A DNA stretch of 64,000 bases from Azolla caroliniana (lineage: Eukaryota > Plantae > Polypodiophyta), in NCBI GenBank assembly GCA_043228905.1, contig JBHGNT010000014.1, positions 3,038,001-3,102,000 of the forward strand. Direction: 5' to 3'. Each line of letters starts with the position of its first letter. Position 1 is the first letter of the stretch. Both the position numbers and the translations under genes were made by a program. Positions 49,590-63,345 of the stretch are shown here, one piece after another. Below the pieces are notes generated by a model. The model saw only the letters and a list, made by a program, of their open reading frames with translations. It searched no databases and was not told where the DNA came from.

Positions 49590-52500
49590 TGTTGAGCGGC
49601 AAGCTCAATTGGAGCCGGATCGGCTGAATAAGCCTAAGCCGGTGAGCGAGACAGATCGGTGAGTCGGTTAGCCGGATCCATCAGTAACCGGAAGCCTAGT
49701 AGCAGTTAGACTACTAGGGAGTTAATACTCTCATAGTTAGTGTCAGACGCTCAAGTGAGCATTAATACTCTCGTAGTTAGTGTCAGACGCTTGAGTGAGC
49801 ATTGAAGGACATGTCGGTGGCTGATTACATGACCCGAATCAAAGAGATCTGTGACTCGCTTGCCTCTATCAACGTCACTGTAGAGGAAGACGAGATGGTA
49901 CAGGTCTGTCTTGGGGGCCTAGCGTCTAAGTTCCGAGCTTTCCGGACAGCAGTATGTACGAGGGACAATACGTCATCATTTTTTGACTTATAGTCGATGC
50001 TCCTTGTAGAGGAGAACCACGCCGGTGCGTCAACAAGTGCACCCATCGACAATCGGATGTTGTACACAGAGGCAGATCGGCCCCGTGGGTGTGGTGGACA
50101 AGGCGGGTCGGCACGCAATGGAGGCGGCCAGCAAGGGCAAGACCGACGGCACAGAGACCGTGCCGACAGCAGTTCCGGGACTTCCACAAGTAGGGGGAGT
50201 CAAGGTGGCGCTGGAGGCCGGCAAGACAAATCTGCCACGGAATGCTGGTACTATGGCAAAAAGGGCCACAGAGAAAGCGAGTGCTGGAAGAAGCGCGCCG
50301 ATTCGGACAGATCTGGATCTGGCAAAACCGGTCGGGAGAACCGGCAAAACTCGCACTACGCACAAGGATCGAGAGGATCTGGAACCGGGAAGACCGGTAA
50401 GGGGCCAACCTTGGTGATGAAGCACGAGGCAAACTCGATGAAGAAGACCACTTCCAAATTGGAGGAAGTGTGGTACGTTGATTCCGGTGCGTTGTCGTGC
50501 CTTTCGGCTCCGGATCGTTGCGTGAGTCGGGTGGGAACCGCCGAGGTTTTGGACTAGGAGAAAGAAGAATATGAGATGAGGCTAGTAATAAATAGATTAT
50601 TAGAAAGAGAGATAGAAATTTCGTGAATCCCACGAGTGTATTGTATTCGATTAATCAATATTTAGATAAGAATATGTATTTAGATTGAAAGAAAGATATA
50701 AGAAACTTGTGAATCCCACAAGTATAGATTATATTATTTTCGTGAATCCCACGATTATATTAATCGGTTGGTGTTTTCGGAAATATATCCAATTTCCAAA
50801 TATTTCACACACCTATTACATTGTGCTCCCCATCCTTATGTAGTGATGGGAGAGACTAAGCATAGCTACATGCTTTTTTTTCTAATACGTTCATGCACAC
50901 TAAATGTGCATGTGATGCTTTTCTAATCCTTGCTTTTATTTGCTAAATATAGTGCTCATGCACGCTAGATGTGCATGAGTCACTTTTTAGTTGCTTGCGT
51001 TTTTCTATAAAATATTCACGCACTCTAAAAATGCATGATTTACCTTTTTAATAAAGGTAGGCGCAAATAAAGCACTTATAGTTATTAAATCTATTTATAG
51101 AACACTAAAGATAAGGTAGCATAATGGTAAAGTTGAGGTTTGGCTACGTGGAGGTACAAGGTTTGAATCTTGCCCTGTGCACATGATAAATATCTTGATA
51201 TATTATTTTATTTATTTATATGTAATTAAATCGGTTATATTATTTTTACTTTTTCACGTAGTGTACGAAATACACTACGACAGCGTCAAATCACATGACG
51301 AGCCACAAAGAGTGGTTCTCCTTCTTGGAGAAACCGGAACAATAAGGAGTTGTTGAAACCAGAGACGACACTCCTCACCCAATCATGCATGTCAGAGAAG
51401 TTCCCCAGAGCCACGTCGGACAGAGGGGGAAGCTGATGAACGTATTACACGTTCCGACTATCACGAAAAACCTAGTGTCGGTCGGACAGATCATCGACCA
51501 GGGAATGCCGGTGCGGTTTACGCACCTCGGGTGCTTCATCGAGGAGGAGGGCCAAATTATCACGCAAGGGCGCAGAGATGGGAGGATGTTCATCCTCGAC
51601 ACCAATGACGTCGGCATCGCCTTGTTCGCCAAAGGACAGAAGGTCGAATCGGACATCGACCTGTGGCACAAGCGGATCGGCCACGTCAATTACCGGCGGC
51701 TTCAAGACTTGCAAACGAAACAAGTTGTTTTCGGTTTGCCAAAGTTTAGTGGCTGGAAGGCCCAAGTATGTGAAGCCTGCCAACTTGGGAAGCAACATCG
51801 GCTTCCATTCCCCTCCGAACAAAACCGTAGCCATAACAAGCTCGACCTTATTCATTCGGATGTATGGGGACCGGCACAGAACGTGAGTCTTGGCGGGAGT
51901 CGATACTTCGTCTCCTTCATCGACGACTATAGCCGGCACACATGGATCTACCTCATTGAGTGGAAGAGCGAAGTCTTCGACTGTTTCCGGAACCTCCAGA
52001 GCATGGTGGAACGGGAATCGGAGAGGAAGATCAAGTGCATGCGGTCAAATGGCGGAAAAGAATATTTTTCCGGCCAATTCAACAATTATCTGCAGCAAAC
52101 AGGAATTCGGAGAGAGTTCAGCTGCAGATACACACCGGAGCAAAATGGTGTGGCCGAAAGGAAGAACCGGTCGCTTGTCAATGCGGCAAGGGAAATGCTG
52201 GAAGAGAAGAGCATGCCCCATTTCTACTGGGCGGAGGCGGTCCGGACGGCCGTCTACATCCAAAACCCGATCGATGACAAGGTGTCCGCGCATGAGCTGT
52301 ATTTCGGGCGCAAGCCGAATTTGAGACACCTTCGGATTTTCAGTAGCATAGCATATGTGCATGTGTCGGATGAGAAGCGGAGGAAGCTGGATGCAAAATA
52401 GGAGAAGTGCATCCTCGTCGGCTACTCACATGAGCAAAAGGGGTATAAGTGTTATAACCCCAGGACGAAGCAGGTTTGAGTTAGCCGCGATGTTGAATTT

Positions 52501-55500
52501 GATGAGACGGCATCATGGTATGCCTTACCAGCTCCGACTTCTGACCCCGACCCGATACCAGAGGATGAGGCTACTGAGCCTGAACCGGTCCAATTAGAAG
52601 ATGATGAATCCGGGACTCAAGAAGAGAGTCCGGAATCGTTTCGGTTGAGTGGGCCGAATGAGAGACTAGGTCAATCTAACCAGTCAGAAGAAGAACCGGC
52701 GGGTAGTGAAGACTCTATCGTGCTCTCCCCGCACAAGGAACCTAGGAGATAGTTCATGCGCAAAGAGAAGGGGAAGAAGAAGATGTCGGATTATGGAACC
52801 GGTATTGATGAGTCGGATCGGAGCAGATCTGGCTCTGGAAAGGAAAATGACGGTTCTTCGGCAACGAAGACCGAACCGGCCAAGAAGGGCCTCAAACCAG
52901 GTAACGGTGGGTTACGCCGGTCAACCCGCCAAAAGGAACCTATTAAGCGGTACGGGTACAATGAGTACATGGCGCATCACTATGCGTACATGACCAAGGT
53001 GGCGAAAGTGCGTGAGCTGGAGAGCTACGCAGAAGCGGCAAAGGACGCACATTGGCGTGCCACTATGGAAGAAGAGATGCGGGCACTTGATGCCAACAAT
53101 ACATGGGACCTGGTTGACCCTCCCCATCACAATAAACCGATTGGATGCAAGTAGGTGTACAAGGTAAAGTACAACTTCGACGGTTCAATTAACCGGTACA
53201 AGGCCCGGTTAGTGGCGAAAGGATACGCACAGACCCACGGAATTGACTATGACGAGACTTTCGCTCCAGTAGCGAAGATGACGACGGTTCATATGGTGCT
53301 TGCGGTTGTTGTGGCAAGGGGGTGGCATCTTCACCAGATGGATGTGAAGAATGCATTTCTTCAAGGAGATCTTGAAGAAGAGGTCTTTATGATACAACCC
53401 CCCGGTTTCCAGACGGAGATGAACAAGTCGGTGGTATGCCCGCTGAAAAAGTCACTTTATGGCTTGAAGCAAGCCCCCCGAGCTTGGAATGCGAGATCAC
53501 GCACCAGTTGCATAAGATGGGGTTTGCGGCCTCCAAGTCCGACTCTTCGTTGTTCATCCGGCAAAGTCCGGATGGTCCGGTTTGCATCTTGTTGTATGTT
53601 GATGATCTGGTCATCACCGGACCCAGACACGATGAAATCAACCGAGTCAAGTCCTAGTTGTCGGATGTGTTTGTGATGAAGAACTTGGGGGACCTTCATT
53701 ATTTTCTTGGGATCGAGGTGATCCAAACCCCCGACGGCATATTGCTCTCACAGAGGCACTATGTGTTGAATATGATGTACAAGTTCAGCATGACAGAATG
53801 TCGACCTGTCTCTACACCCCTGGACCGGAACCAGAAGCTTTGTCCCGACTCTGGACCGGCCTGCGATGAGAAACGGTTTCAACAAATTGTCGGAAGCCTT
53901 ATATATTTGACCATCACCCGACCCGACATCAGCTATCCGGTCGGTGTGATTAGCCAATTCATGCAGAAGCCAACCGTAGAGGATCTTCAGTGCATGCACC
54001 GAATACTGCGATATGTGAGCGGCACGAAGGACCGGGGACTATTATACCGGCGAGGTATAACCGAACGGCGATGCATCAGATCGCCGATCAACCTCCGGTT
54101 ATATGTTTTCCCTAGGTTGCGCGGCTGTTGTGTGGAGCAGCAAAAAGCAGCCAACAGTTGCTCTGTCGAGCACTGAGGCTGAGTATCAGGGCGCTACCGT
54201 TGCCACCTGTGAAGCCATTTGGCTTCGGCGACTGCTGCAAGACCTACGGATCGAGGTACCGACCCCGATTCTGATCTACTACGACAACATAAGCAGCATG
54301 CAACTTGCCAAGAACCTCGTATTCCATGCTCGCACAAAGCACATAGAAGTGCACTATCACTTCGTGCGTGAGCGTGTCCTGAGCAGTGAGGTCGAACTTC
54401 GGTATGTTCACACGGATCGGTAGGTTGCCAACATATTCACCAAACCACTCGGATCGGACAAGTTGCGGCACTTCACCGAAATGCTTGGTGTTCAGCATCT
54501 CGACGTGCCATATTTGAGGGGGAGAACGGGCAAAAACACCGGAACGGGCAAAGGCAAAGAGACTGTCGATTGCGCCGGTGAGGGAAGAACCGACAAAGGG
54601 AGAGTCAAGAAGAAGAAAGGAGTTGAGTCAACAAAGGAAGTCGACACATCTGAACAAGTTGGAACAAGCGGTAGCGGCGGCAGAGTCAAGAAAAACAAAG
54701 CCGACCGGAAGAAGAAGGCCAAGACCCGGACATGGTCCGATGTGGTGAAGGGCTTGGAACCAGAAGACGAATCGGGAGCAACCGATTCGGACAAGAGCTG
54801 GAACGAATCGGAGACAATCGATTCGGTTCAACATGCAGATTCGGAAGAACTGGATCAATTCAAGGCCAAGAGGACGAGAAGGCAACGAAAGTTGACGCCA
54901 ACACGAAGGAATTGGCGAACCGGCATGCGCCAAAGTCACAGCAACAAGGGAGCTGAATTGGGCATGTTGAGCAGACAAGCCAACCGAGGAGGTCGAGGTG
55001 GGCAGAACAAGAGGGGTCGCGACAAACAAAACTGGACCAGACGAGGAGCACAAGCAAGACGGAGTGACGCCAGAAGGAGTCAGGCAGATGGATCGGTCTC
55101 CACAGACATTGACACTACGACCAGACCTCAAGTTGAGCTTGAGGGGGAGTGTTGAGCGGCAAGCTCAATTGGAGCCGGATCGGCTTAATAAGCCTGAGCC
55201 GGTGAGCACCCGGTGAGCAAAAGAGCCAGTTAGCCGGATCCATCAGTAACCGGAAGCCTAGTAGCAGCTAGACTACTAGGGAGTTAATACTCTCGTAGTT
55301 AGTGTCAGACGCTCGAATGAGCATTGATGTACACTGTACTTTTGTCAGTCCGTATGGACTTGTATAAAAGTGTTCTCTGAACACATACTATGTACAGAGC
55401 ATTGATATAATTTTTGAATAGAGATTCTTGTTCTCTCTCTATCTATCTCTCTCGCGTACTGTTAAGCTCTCCATTAAACTTGTTCTCTGTTTTCTGTTTT

Positions 55501-55531
55501 TTATTGCTTCCGCACGCTATTTGTTTTTACA
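49590..55531 (+). mobile_element. Ty1/copia element B (relative of A); 5' LTR truncated by an internal deletion (about 49590-49805), 3' LTR 55150-55531
   Basis: TSD AACCC (49585-49589, 55532-55536); PPT at 55139-55149; gag-PR-IN-RT-RH remnants; PBS and gag start deleted; 40-bp duplication at 49722-49801. Confidence 0.93.
50493..51282 (-). mobile_element. 790-bp solo LTR (related to the H-type LTR) inserted in the copia B protease motif
   Basis: TGTCG..CGACA ends; 4-bp TSD GCGT; splits DSGA|SNHM; its minus-strand start TGTCGTAGTG..ACACTACGTGAAAAA resembles the H LTR start. Confidence 0.88.
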
Positions 55532-55946
55532 AACCCTAATTTCCTTACGGAAGCCATATCTCTCATAAACCCTAATTTCCTTACGGAAGCCATATCTCTC
55601 ATAAACCCTAATTTCCTTACGGAAACCAAAAACCCTAATTTTCCCTACAGAAACCATATCTCTCAAAATCTAAAATCTCTTATCAAAGCCAAAAACCCTA
55701 AATTTCTATTGAATCCATATTTAGTTTCTTCTAATCTATTATTCCAGTAATCTTCATAAGCGAAACTTTTGTAATCCCAATCTTGGGATTGATTGTAATC
55801 TTTCTTTTCCTTTGTTAATGAAATTAGTCAATCTTTCTTATTTCCATTAATTGTTAAAATTACAAAAGCACGAATGTGATGTCCTCTGGTCGGAGGCCCT
55901 GGGGTCCTGCCTCAAGTTCATGTATCCTCGTCGTATTTTCGCGACA

Positions 55947-56654
55947 CCGCACGACTAATTGCTCCTGTCAATGACTTTGGTTCTTCTGGGAAGGTCAAGA
56001 GTAAATCCTTGACATCATTACGTAGACCATAACGAAATTTCTCCATAAGTGCTTGGTCATCCCAAGGGATATCGGAGGTGAGTAGGCGGAAATCTACAGC
56101 GTATGCGGAGGCTGGACAATCACCTTGACGTAATCGTCGGATTTTGTTGATTGTGTCCTTATGCAGTCAGTATTCCAAAAGAGGCTTTAAACTCACTTTA
56201 AAACTCTTCAAAATTGTTTAGTAAAGGATATTCCTTTTCTAACAACGGAGTGAACCATGCCAAAGCTGAGCCACTTAATAACGTGACTACTAAACCCACT
56301 CGTGATGCATCGGTGGGATATCAGGAAGGATGCATTTGAATGACTAATCGTACCTGATTAAGGAATCCTCTAAACTACGATCGCGTTCCATCGAATTTCA
56401 TGGGAAGGCCGATCTTGGGTTCTTTATGAACCCCTTGCGTACTGGGTCCTTGTTGTTGCATTGCGACTATGGTTGCTTCGAGTTCTTGCATGCGTAACGC
56501 TAGTTCCCCATGTTGTTGTTGCGTATGCTGCTTCTCTAAGGAGATTTGTTGAACACAGTCATTGATTTTCTTGTTCCAATGCGAGAAACTTCTCTTTCAA
56601 GCATTGCAACTCCGAAAAAACAAATTGATATTCTTGAGCGCTAACAGTGGCCAT
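55947..56654 (-). pseudogene. gag N-terminal part of element F
   Basis: MATVSAQEYQ...KEPKIGLPMKFDG..., joining 28749 as AISRAVRCD. Confidence 0.9.
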
Positions 56655-57519
56655 AGTATGAGAGAAAAGAGGAATAAGAGATTAGTATGAAGGGAGGGAG
56701 AAGTAAGAAGATAAAGGAAGAGAAGGAAGGAGAGAAAATCGGTTCAAACTGTCAAGAACAATACTAAGACAAAGAAGTACTATCAGGAACAATACTAAGA
56801 CAGAGAAGGAATTAGTACTAAAAGATGAGGATTAGTACTAAGGGAGGTGTAGAACTCTCGAGAGAAGGAAAGAGTGAGAGAGAGAGAGAGAGAATGATGA
56901 TAACAAAAGATATATATTATGTTAAGAGAATATACAATAGTGGCTAGTAGGCTTAAGACTGGCGTTGAACTGATTTGGTTCAAAATAATGCCTTGTGCCT
57001 CCTTTTATAGTGTTCTCAGGAGTACTCCTGAAGTTTCTAGAATGTTCTAGAGAAATCTAGAATATACATCAATTTTCTATAGTAAAACTTAAATGAAAAT
57101 AATATTCTTTGTATTACAACATATAGTCTAATGGTCAAGAGCTCGACCCATGTAACATAAGGTCATGGGTTTGAGTCTTGCCATATCATGACACATAGAT
57201 TGAGCGCAGAACGGAATAGGAACATAAAGATCCCCAAGATACAATAACAAAACTTCCTTATATTAATATTCCATCCTCTAAATACATTGATACCCGGATC
57301 CTTTTATAGGCATCTGGTTCTCTATTACAAAACGGTGTCTAACCGGCAATCGGCTACAAATCGGTCTGGATCCTGATCGGCATACCTATTCTGGATCTTC
57401 TGTTCCTATAACTAATAATATTATTATATATCGGGAAACCGGCTCGCCCCTTCCTCATTACATGCTTGGCTGTTGGCACCAACAGCCAACACATGGCACG
57501 CCCGTGGGACAGTACCTTG

Positions 57520-60500
57520 TACAGTGAACCCGGGGGTTAGCTCCACTACTCCTCATCAAGTATGTCTAAAATACTATGGTGAAGGGGTTCGAGGGGTTCC
57601 TCACTTTTCTGCACCCGCTCCCGTTGTTATTGTTGCTGATGTTGGTCCTTTCTATTTCCGGCATTTCCGTCTTCTCCGGTTCTTTCCGCTCTCGCTCTTC
57701 TTCTACTCCTTCCAGCTGCACCCGTCTGGCTTCTGTTGGTTGTTCTAATCTGGCATGTCTAGCTGCTCTGTTCTGTCTGTGTCCGGTTGTGCTACTCCGG
57801 CCTCGGTTTCAATTGGTGGCTGATCCGGAGATTGTTATTCATAATTGAGGTTGATCGTTGTCGTCATCTACGCCGCCTCTTTTTGGCGACGCTCCCGTTC
57901 GAATCGCTCGAACTAGAGTTGGGTGTCGAGCAGGTCATTGTCTAATCGTTCCACCAGCCTTCTTACAACTGCCAATTGCTCTCCGGCCAAGGATAGAAAG
58001 TCATCCGACAACTCTTCTCAGATGGTGACAATGCTTTCCGCATCCATCTTATAGAAGTGGTCGCCATCTTTTCTCTAGTTCTCGACGTCCACTCGTAGGA
58101 CCTATAATTTAGCCGCTTGTTGCATCCACTTTGACCACCATTCTACTGAGCTTTCGTCAATCATCCTCTTCGTTCGTTCTTTCCATGCCAGCACAATAGC
58201 CCAGATTCGGTTGACCCCTAGCTTGGACTTGTCCTCTACAACTTGCTTGTCCTCCTTTAACTTCTTTATCTGACCCGCGGTTGCCTAGGCCTATGCCCCA
58301 TAGTACAGCAATTGGGTCAGATAGGTTGTCTGAACCGTATCCAGAACCATTTTTGCTCATTCAACCTCCTTGTAATGTTGTTGGGTGAGCAACGTCGTTT
58401 CTCTTGCCGCCTCCTCTAGCAAATTTGCCGACTCAACCACCTTTGTTCGTTCCTCTACCAAGGCATCCGCTTTCTTTGTCACCTCAGCCCGGAGCTCTCT
58501 GATCTTCTATTGTTGTTGGTCACACTCTGTGATTAACTTCCTATGCTCTGCATCGAGTTGTTAGTGATCCCGGTGCAATTTCTCAAAATCATCTGTTTTT
58601 CTGTTTTAACTTCCGGTTGATTTGCCCTCGTGCGCGGTCCTCCCTATCTTTCTGTTGCTGGAGCTCCTCCTTCAGCCATTCAATTTCTCTTTCTGCCATC
58701 TTCCAGAGCTTGTCTTTTTCTTGCAATAGTTTTCCTTTCTCCTCCTTCAGCCGGTCGTTGCTTGCTTGAGCTTTTCGGTGGGTTTCTTCAATCCTCTCCT
58801 TCTCTTCCTCACCTGCTCTCTTCTAATCCCTCTCTCTGCCCCGTAGGGCCTCCTGAGCCACTAACTCATCCTTTAGGGGGGCTATTTCTTGTTCATGCTC
58901 GTTATTCGTTATCGATGTTGTGCTAGCCCCAGGTTCATTGCTTGTTTGTGTATTAGCCGGTGCCACCGACTTTGTGGTTGTATTTGGCCCTGTAAGGGCC
59001 GTACCAACCGCCTATTTTTTGGCCTTCTCCAACTCTTCTTCTAAGCTCTGGATGCGTGTCCTAGTCTTTTCTAATTAGCAACCGATCCATTTGCATCCTC
59101 TTGCTTCAACCTGATCACAGTTCCCGACACATGCTCCCCCAGCCATCTCAACCATTACCGGGAGGTTCCTTGTTGTATTGGGAGAACGAATGGCAGTCTG
59201 TGCACCAGTGTTGGTTCGTCCTTTGTTCTGAACCATTGGGTCAGTGGCACCGGTGTATGCTCCGGACGGCGTTCCTCGTGTTGTTGTTCTTGAAGGCCTT
59301 GTGAGGTCTGAAACTCTGTAACCGGTTCCTACTAACCCGTGGTCACCACTTTTGGCCTTATTTCCAGGTCTGCCTCTACCACCACTAAGCAGGTCATTGA
59401 GGTGTTGTCCAACGTTGGACCCACTCCTTCCCCCCGTTGCTCCGTGTCGCGCTTCCTTGGCCGACGTTGGAGGGTTTCGATTGGTTCTTTATCTGCCTCT
59501 TCCTCCGTGTTTTCTTAGTGCGCCCTCTAGACCAGATCGTCCATTTCCTTCTCCTGTTGACATAGCTTGATTCTGAAGGCCTTTGCCTGCTTTTTCACCG
59601 GCACCATTGTCTCCGTCTGTTGCTTCCGGCTCGGTTGCTCCTTTTCCTTCTACGCTGAATCCCTTGGCTACTCTGTTTCCTTCTGCACCGAACCTCCCTC
59701 TGTCCATCCAGGGTTATGCTTGGCCAGGAGTTGTTGCCGCTTGGATGGCTTGTTCAGCGTCGTATCTGTCGATCGAGCCCTCTTCTTTGCTTTAATGGAT
59801 GGCACTGGGTGTGCGAGAAGTGTTAGCCACTGCGCTACTTCGGTCCAAACCTTCTTCACATCCACAACCGATTGGATGGTCACTCGTAATGAATCGGCGA
59901 TGATCACCGGCCAATCTACTTTAACTCCTTGGTATGTTGCAATGATAAATCCGGCTCTGTTTTTAGACATTGCCAGAGGGCGTGGGTGCACGAAGCCATA
60001 TTCGTGGAGAACACATGCTACCTCCCAGAACAGGGCCACAAATGCTTTCCGTCTTCTTTGCTCCAGTTCCAATTGTAGCACATTGGCTATCCGGTGCTCT
60101 TCTAATTCACTTAAAGTTGCCATCCAAATTTTTTCCAATTCCTTCTCAGTTAACCGTTCCCACACCTATATCTGTAAGCTATGAATTTGAAATTCCATTG
60201 GCATGATTGCTTCCAATCCGAACGCTAACCGGAACGGTGTCATCCGGATACTGGTCTTGTATGTCATCCGGTATGCCCACAACGTGCTTTGTAGCTTTGT
60301 ATCCCAGTCGATCTGGTTTTCGTTTACGATTTTGAGGAGGATATTCTGGAGCGTTTTATTGGTGGACTCCACAAATCCGTTGGCTTGCGGGTAATATGGC
60401 GTACTTCTCTTGTGGACCACCGCGTAGAATGTTGTCAAGCTTTCCACAACCTGTCTGAGGAAATGTCTACCTTGATCACTAATCAGCTCGATCGGACAAC

Positions 60501-60605
60501 CATATCTGCACCAAATGTTTTCATATAAAAATTTAGTTGCACGGATGCCGCGGTATTGTCTCTGAGTGCTTTGGCTTCCACCCACTCTGTACAGTAATCG
60601 GTTGC
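57520..60605 (-). pseudogene. Integrase fragment fused by deletion to the extra ORF of element D
   Basis: ATDYCTEWVEAKALRDN..ISDQG..YYPQANG; then ELEQRRRKAFV|ALFWEVA...; coiled-coil remnants homologous to C. Confidence 0.8.
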
Positions 60606-60711
60606 CTAGAATGGTGAGAGAGATCATGAAGAACAAGACAAGCATTGAGGGGTGGGGGGTGGTGCCTAGAATGGCTCCACCCCCCTCCCAAGGGGGGGTT
60701 CAACGTTAGGG

Positions 60712-60743
<32 letters not shown>

Positions 60744-60989
60744 TGACACACAGAGAGAGAAATGATCCTAGTTTTCATTCATTCCCCATAAGGGGTTAAA
60801 TAGGTACAAAGGGGTAGATCCACAAGGGTGCAAGCCCCCTTGGCATTCACACCTAGTCACTCACTCACACCTCTTTGTATCTACCACACTCACACTTACA
60901 TTCACACTCATAATTGTATAAAATCACACATACATATCCACACATTACATCTTTCACCCTCACTTATCACACTTATCAATCACCCGTAC

Positions 60990-63345
60990 ATCTCGTACGG
61001 TAACAACACTGCTCTTTATATTCATGGAGATGTTATTAATCTTGATCAGGTACAAAATGCTTTGCATATATTTCCAGATGCTACTAGATCCTCTCTCAAT
61101 TAGAACAAATCTATAGGCCTTTGAGTCCGTGATGAACCGTGTCCAAAGTGGTATCCAGGCCCTGCATTTCACAGGCTTAATCATGGGGAGCCTATTCGTT
61201 ACTTAGGTTTTCTTGTTGGTATAGATTTACCATCTGAAGTGATGTTATCACCATTGTTGTTATCAATCAAGCGTAGGCTAGTATATTGGGACTCTCAGCA
61301 CCTATACTTTGCAAGCCAGGTTGTGATTACAATTTCGATGTTGTTGGCCTCAATGTGATTTATCGCATCTGTTTGGTTGTTCTCTAGGACAACAATCATG
61401 AAAGTTCAAAGCCTCATACGTAACTTACTCATGGTGAAAAAATGGGTCTCATGCAATGGCCAAGGTGGCATGAGATGTTTTGATTAGACCCAAAAGCCAG
61501 GGAGGGCTAGCTTTAATAGATCCCTTGATGCAATCTCAAGCTCTCCTAACAAAGTTTGTAGTCAAAGGACTATTGCCAGGGACAGAGGCTTGGAAGGGTA
61601 TGTTGCTTAATCAATTGATGCAATTATCTCCCAATATAGGAGGAAACCGGCTGCCTTCTTTGAAATGGATGTTCTTGATAGATGTATAGACACTAAGACA
61701 GAATCTGACATCCAATATATTTCTCTAAGGAATAGTCAGAGCATGGGATGTAATCAAGATTTTCTTACACAAACAAATGCCTGACATGTGGGATAGTTGG
61801 ATGAATCGGTCGCTTTTGGCTAATTCTCTCGTCCGGGATTCTGTTGGAAATGTATTGGGCCTTAGAACTCATCTTGCTTGGGGAAAACTTGACAATGGGC
61901 CAATAACATCAGTGAGATCCTGGATTCATTTTCAGTAGATGCTAGAAGTGGATTAGCTTAAGTAGTTACACTCGGTATATGGGGCGAAGACAATGACAAT
62001 GGATATTTCAGCAGCTTTCTCACGGGCCTCGGCACAACTTCAACCAATGCAGGAGCATATGTGGTTTGGTTGCCTTACGAATGGCATGATGCTTTTTGTT
62101 AAAAGAATTTTTGCTAACGGATGTATTTTTTATTTCCATATTGAACAGGACAATAAATTGCAACCTTATACACCCTCAAATAATTTACAATAGAACCTGC
62201 TCGTTGCTCCAGTTAGGGTGATTGCCAAATCTAGTAAGAAATGGTTATTGGATCCACAACCATCCGTTGCTCTGGTTATATGTACGACAACCCAGCTAGT
62301 AGGTTGATGTGGGACCCAAGGGGATGGACCAGTCCCATGACATTGCAGAAAGTTCCATTCTTTCAGTACACTGTGAAATTTGGCAAAACCTTACTCATGT
62401 CTAAGAATATTCCAACTCCTACAGCTCAAAAGCACTGGAATAAGTGGGGTGTTTCAAACATTCATTTAAAGGCTTATTGAAAATGGATTTGATCTTTCAA
62501 GGGACCAAGCAAAATTATATATTCTCTTCAAATGGCGTTTACTACATGCAGCACTACCAGTAGGTCAGTCATTGAGAGGAGATGTGCCAATCGTTCTTAG
62601 ACAATGTTGTTATTGTAGTGACATGCAGAAAACTAGCAAAAATGCTCTCTGGTTATGCTCACTAGCCCAATAGGTATGGAATAAAGTTCTTTCTTTATTC
62701 TTGGCAATTAATGCAGGTTGCCTCTTCTCTTGGGGATCAACGGTATGGGGGGTTCTCCATTCCAATCTCTTGTTATATGAGGCAGATGATGCTCGAGAGG
62801 CTATGACAGTCATCAACGAGCATCTAATTTCTGTCTCCCCATTTTAGCAACATCGCAAGCAAATGCGTGTAGCGTAGCCCATGTATGGAAAACCGTATCT
62901 ACGATTACATTATGGATCTTATGGAAGTATCGTTGTAAAAGACGATATGATTCTATAATTCCTCTTCTCTCAGATATATTGCTTGAATTATGGGAGAGCT
63001 TATTGGTGGTAGTGTGTGGGCAATATGACAATATGCCAGGCTCTTCAGATGTTGTTCTTAAGAAAAAGAAAAAATTACTACAATTATGGAGGAAGTTGCC
63101 TCTATTCACAATAATTCCTCTCAGATATGATTCTATAATTCCTCTTCTCTCAGATATATTGCCGGAATTATGGGAGAGCTTATTGGTGGTAGTGTGTGGG
63201 CAATATGACAATATGCCAGGCTCTTCGGAGGTTGTTCTTAAGAAAAAGAAAAAATTACTACAGTTATGGAGGAAGTTGCCTCTATTCACAATCTCCTCTC
63301 AAAAACCGATATGGAAATATCATCACCCCTGGTCCTTGCCCTAAC
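60990..63345 (+). pseudogene. Decayed L1-type LINE ORF2 3' half
   Basis: SYGNNTALYIHGD (from YADDT); PKSQGGLALIDPLMQSQALL is similar to the intact LINE; many stops. Confidence 0.8.
62944..63292. repeat. 180-bp tandem duplication in the decayed LINE
   Basis: GATATGATTCTATAATTCC at 62944 and 63124. Confidence 0.9.

Larger units (their letters stand above)
28750..55946 (+). mobile_element. Non-autonomous LTR element H; 5' LTR 28750-30102, 3' LTR 48782-55946 (interrupted by copia B); about 2 kb internal region with degenerate gag-like sequence and no pol
   Basis: TGTCG..CGACA ends; 4-bp TSD CCGT/CCGC; PBS TGGTGAACCCGAGGTGAAT at 30107-30125 (tRNA-Trp-like); purine-rich GGTGGGGTTGAA before the 3' LTR; own internal pieces 30103-30264, 41290-42622 and 48281-48781. 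Confidence 0.85.
4426..57193 (-). mobile_element. Chromoviral (Tcn1-like) Ty3/gypsy element F split by three nested insertions; LTRs 4426-4823 (3') and 56750-57193 (5')
   Basis: Matching LTRs and PPT at 4824-4836. Coding pieces rejoin across the TSDs: gag 56654-55947, gag/PR/RT 28749-27358, RT/RH/IN 20639-18987, IN/chromodomain 5769-4816. Flanks CATGT/CATAG are only an imperfect TSD. Confidence 0.9.
4328..60605 (-). mobile_element. Truncated non-chromovirus Ty3/gypsy element D (relative of C), outermost member of the nest; own sequence about 4328-4425 and 57194-60605
   Basis: 57494-60050 is homologous to the extra ORF of C and 60050-60605 is integrase. The 3' LTR 57491->57194 continues at 4425->4328 (ATCTTACGTGTGTAA matches ATCTTACGCGTGTAA in the C LTR; ends ...TTAACA). 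Confidence 0.7.

Noticed and set aside
60606-60990. Possible further LTR fragment with GA/CA microsatellites
   Set aside because: No clear termini, TSD or partner copy in the window.
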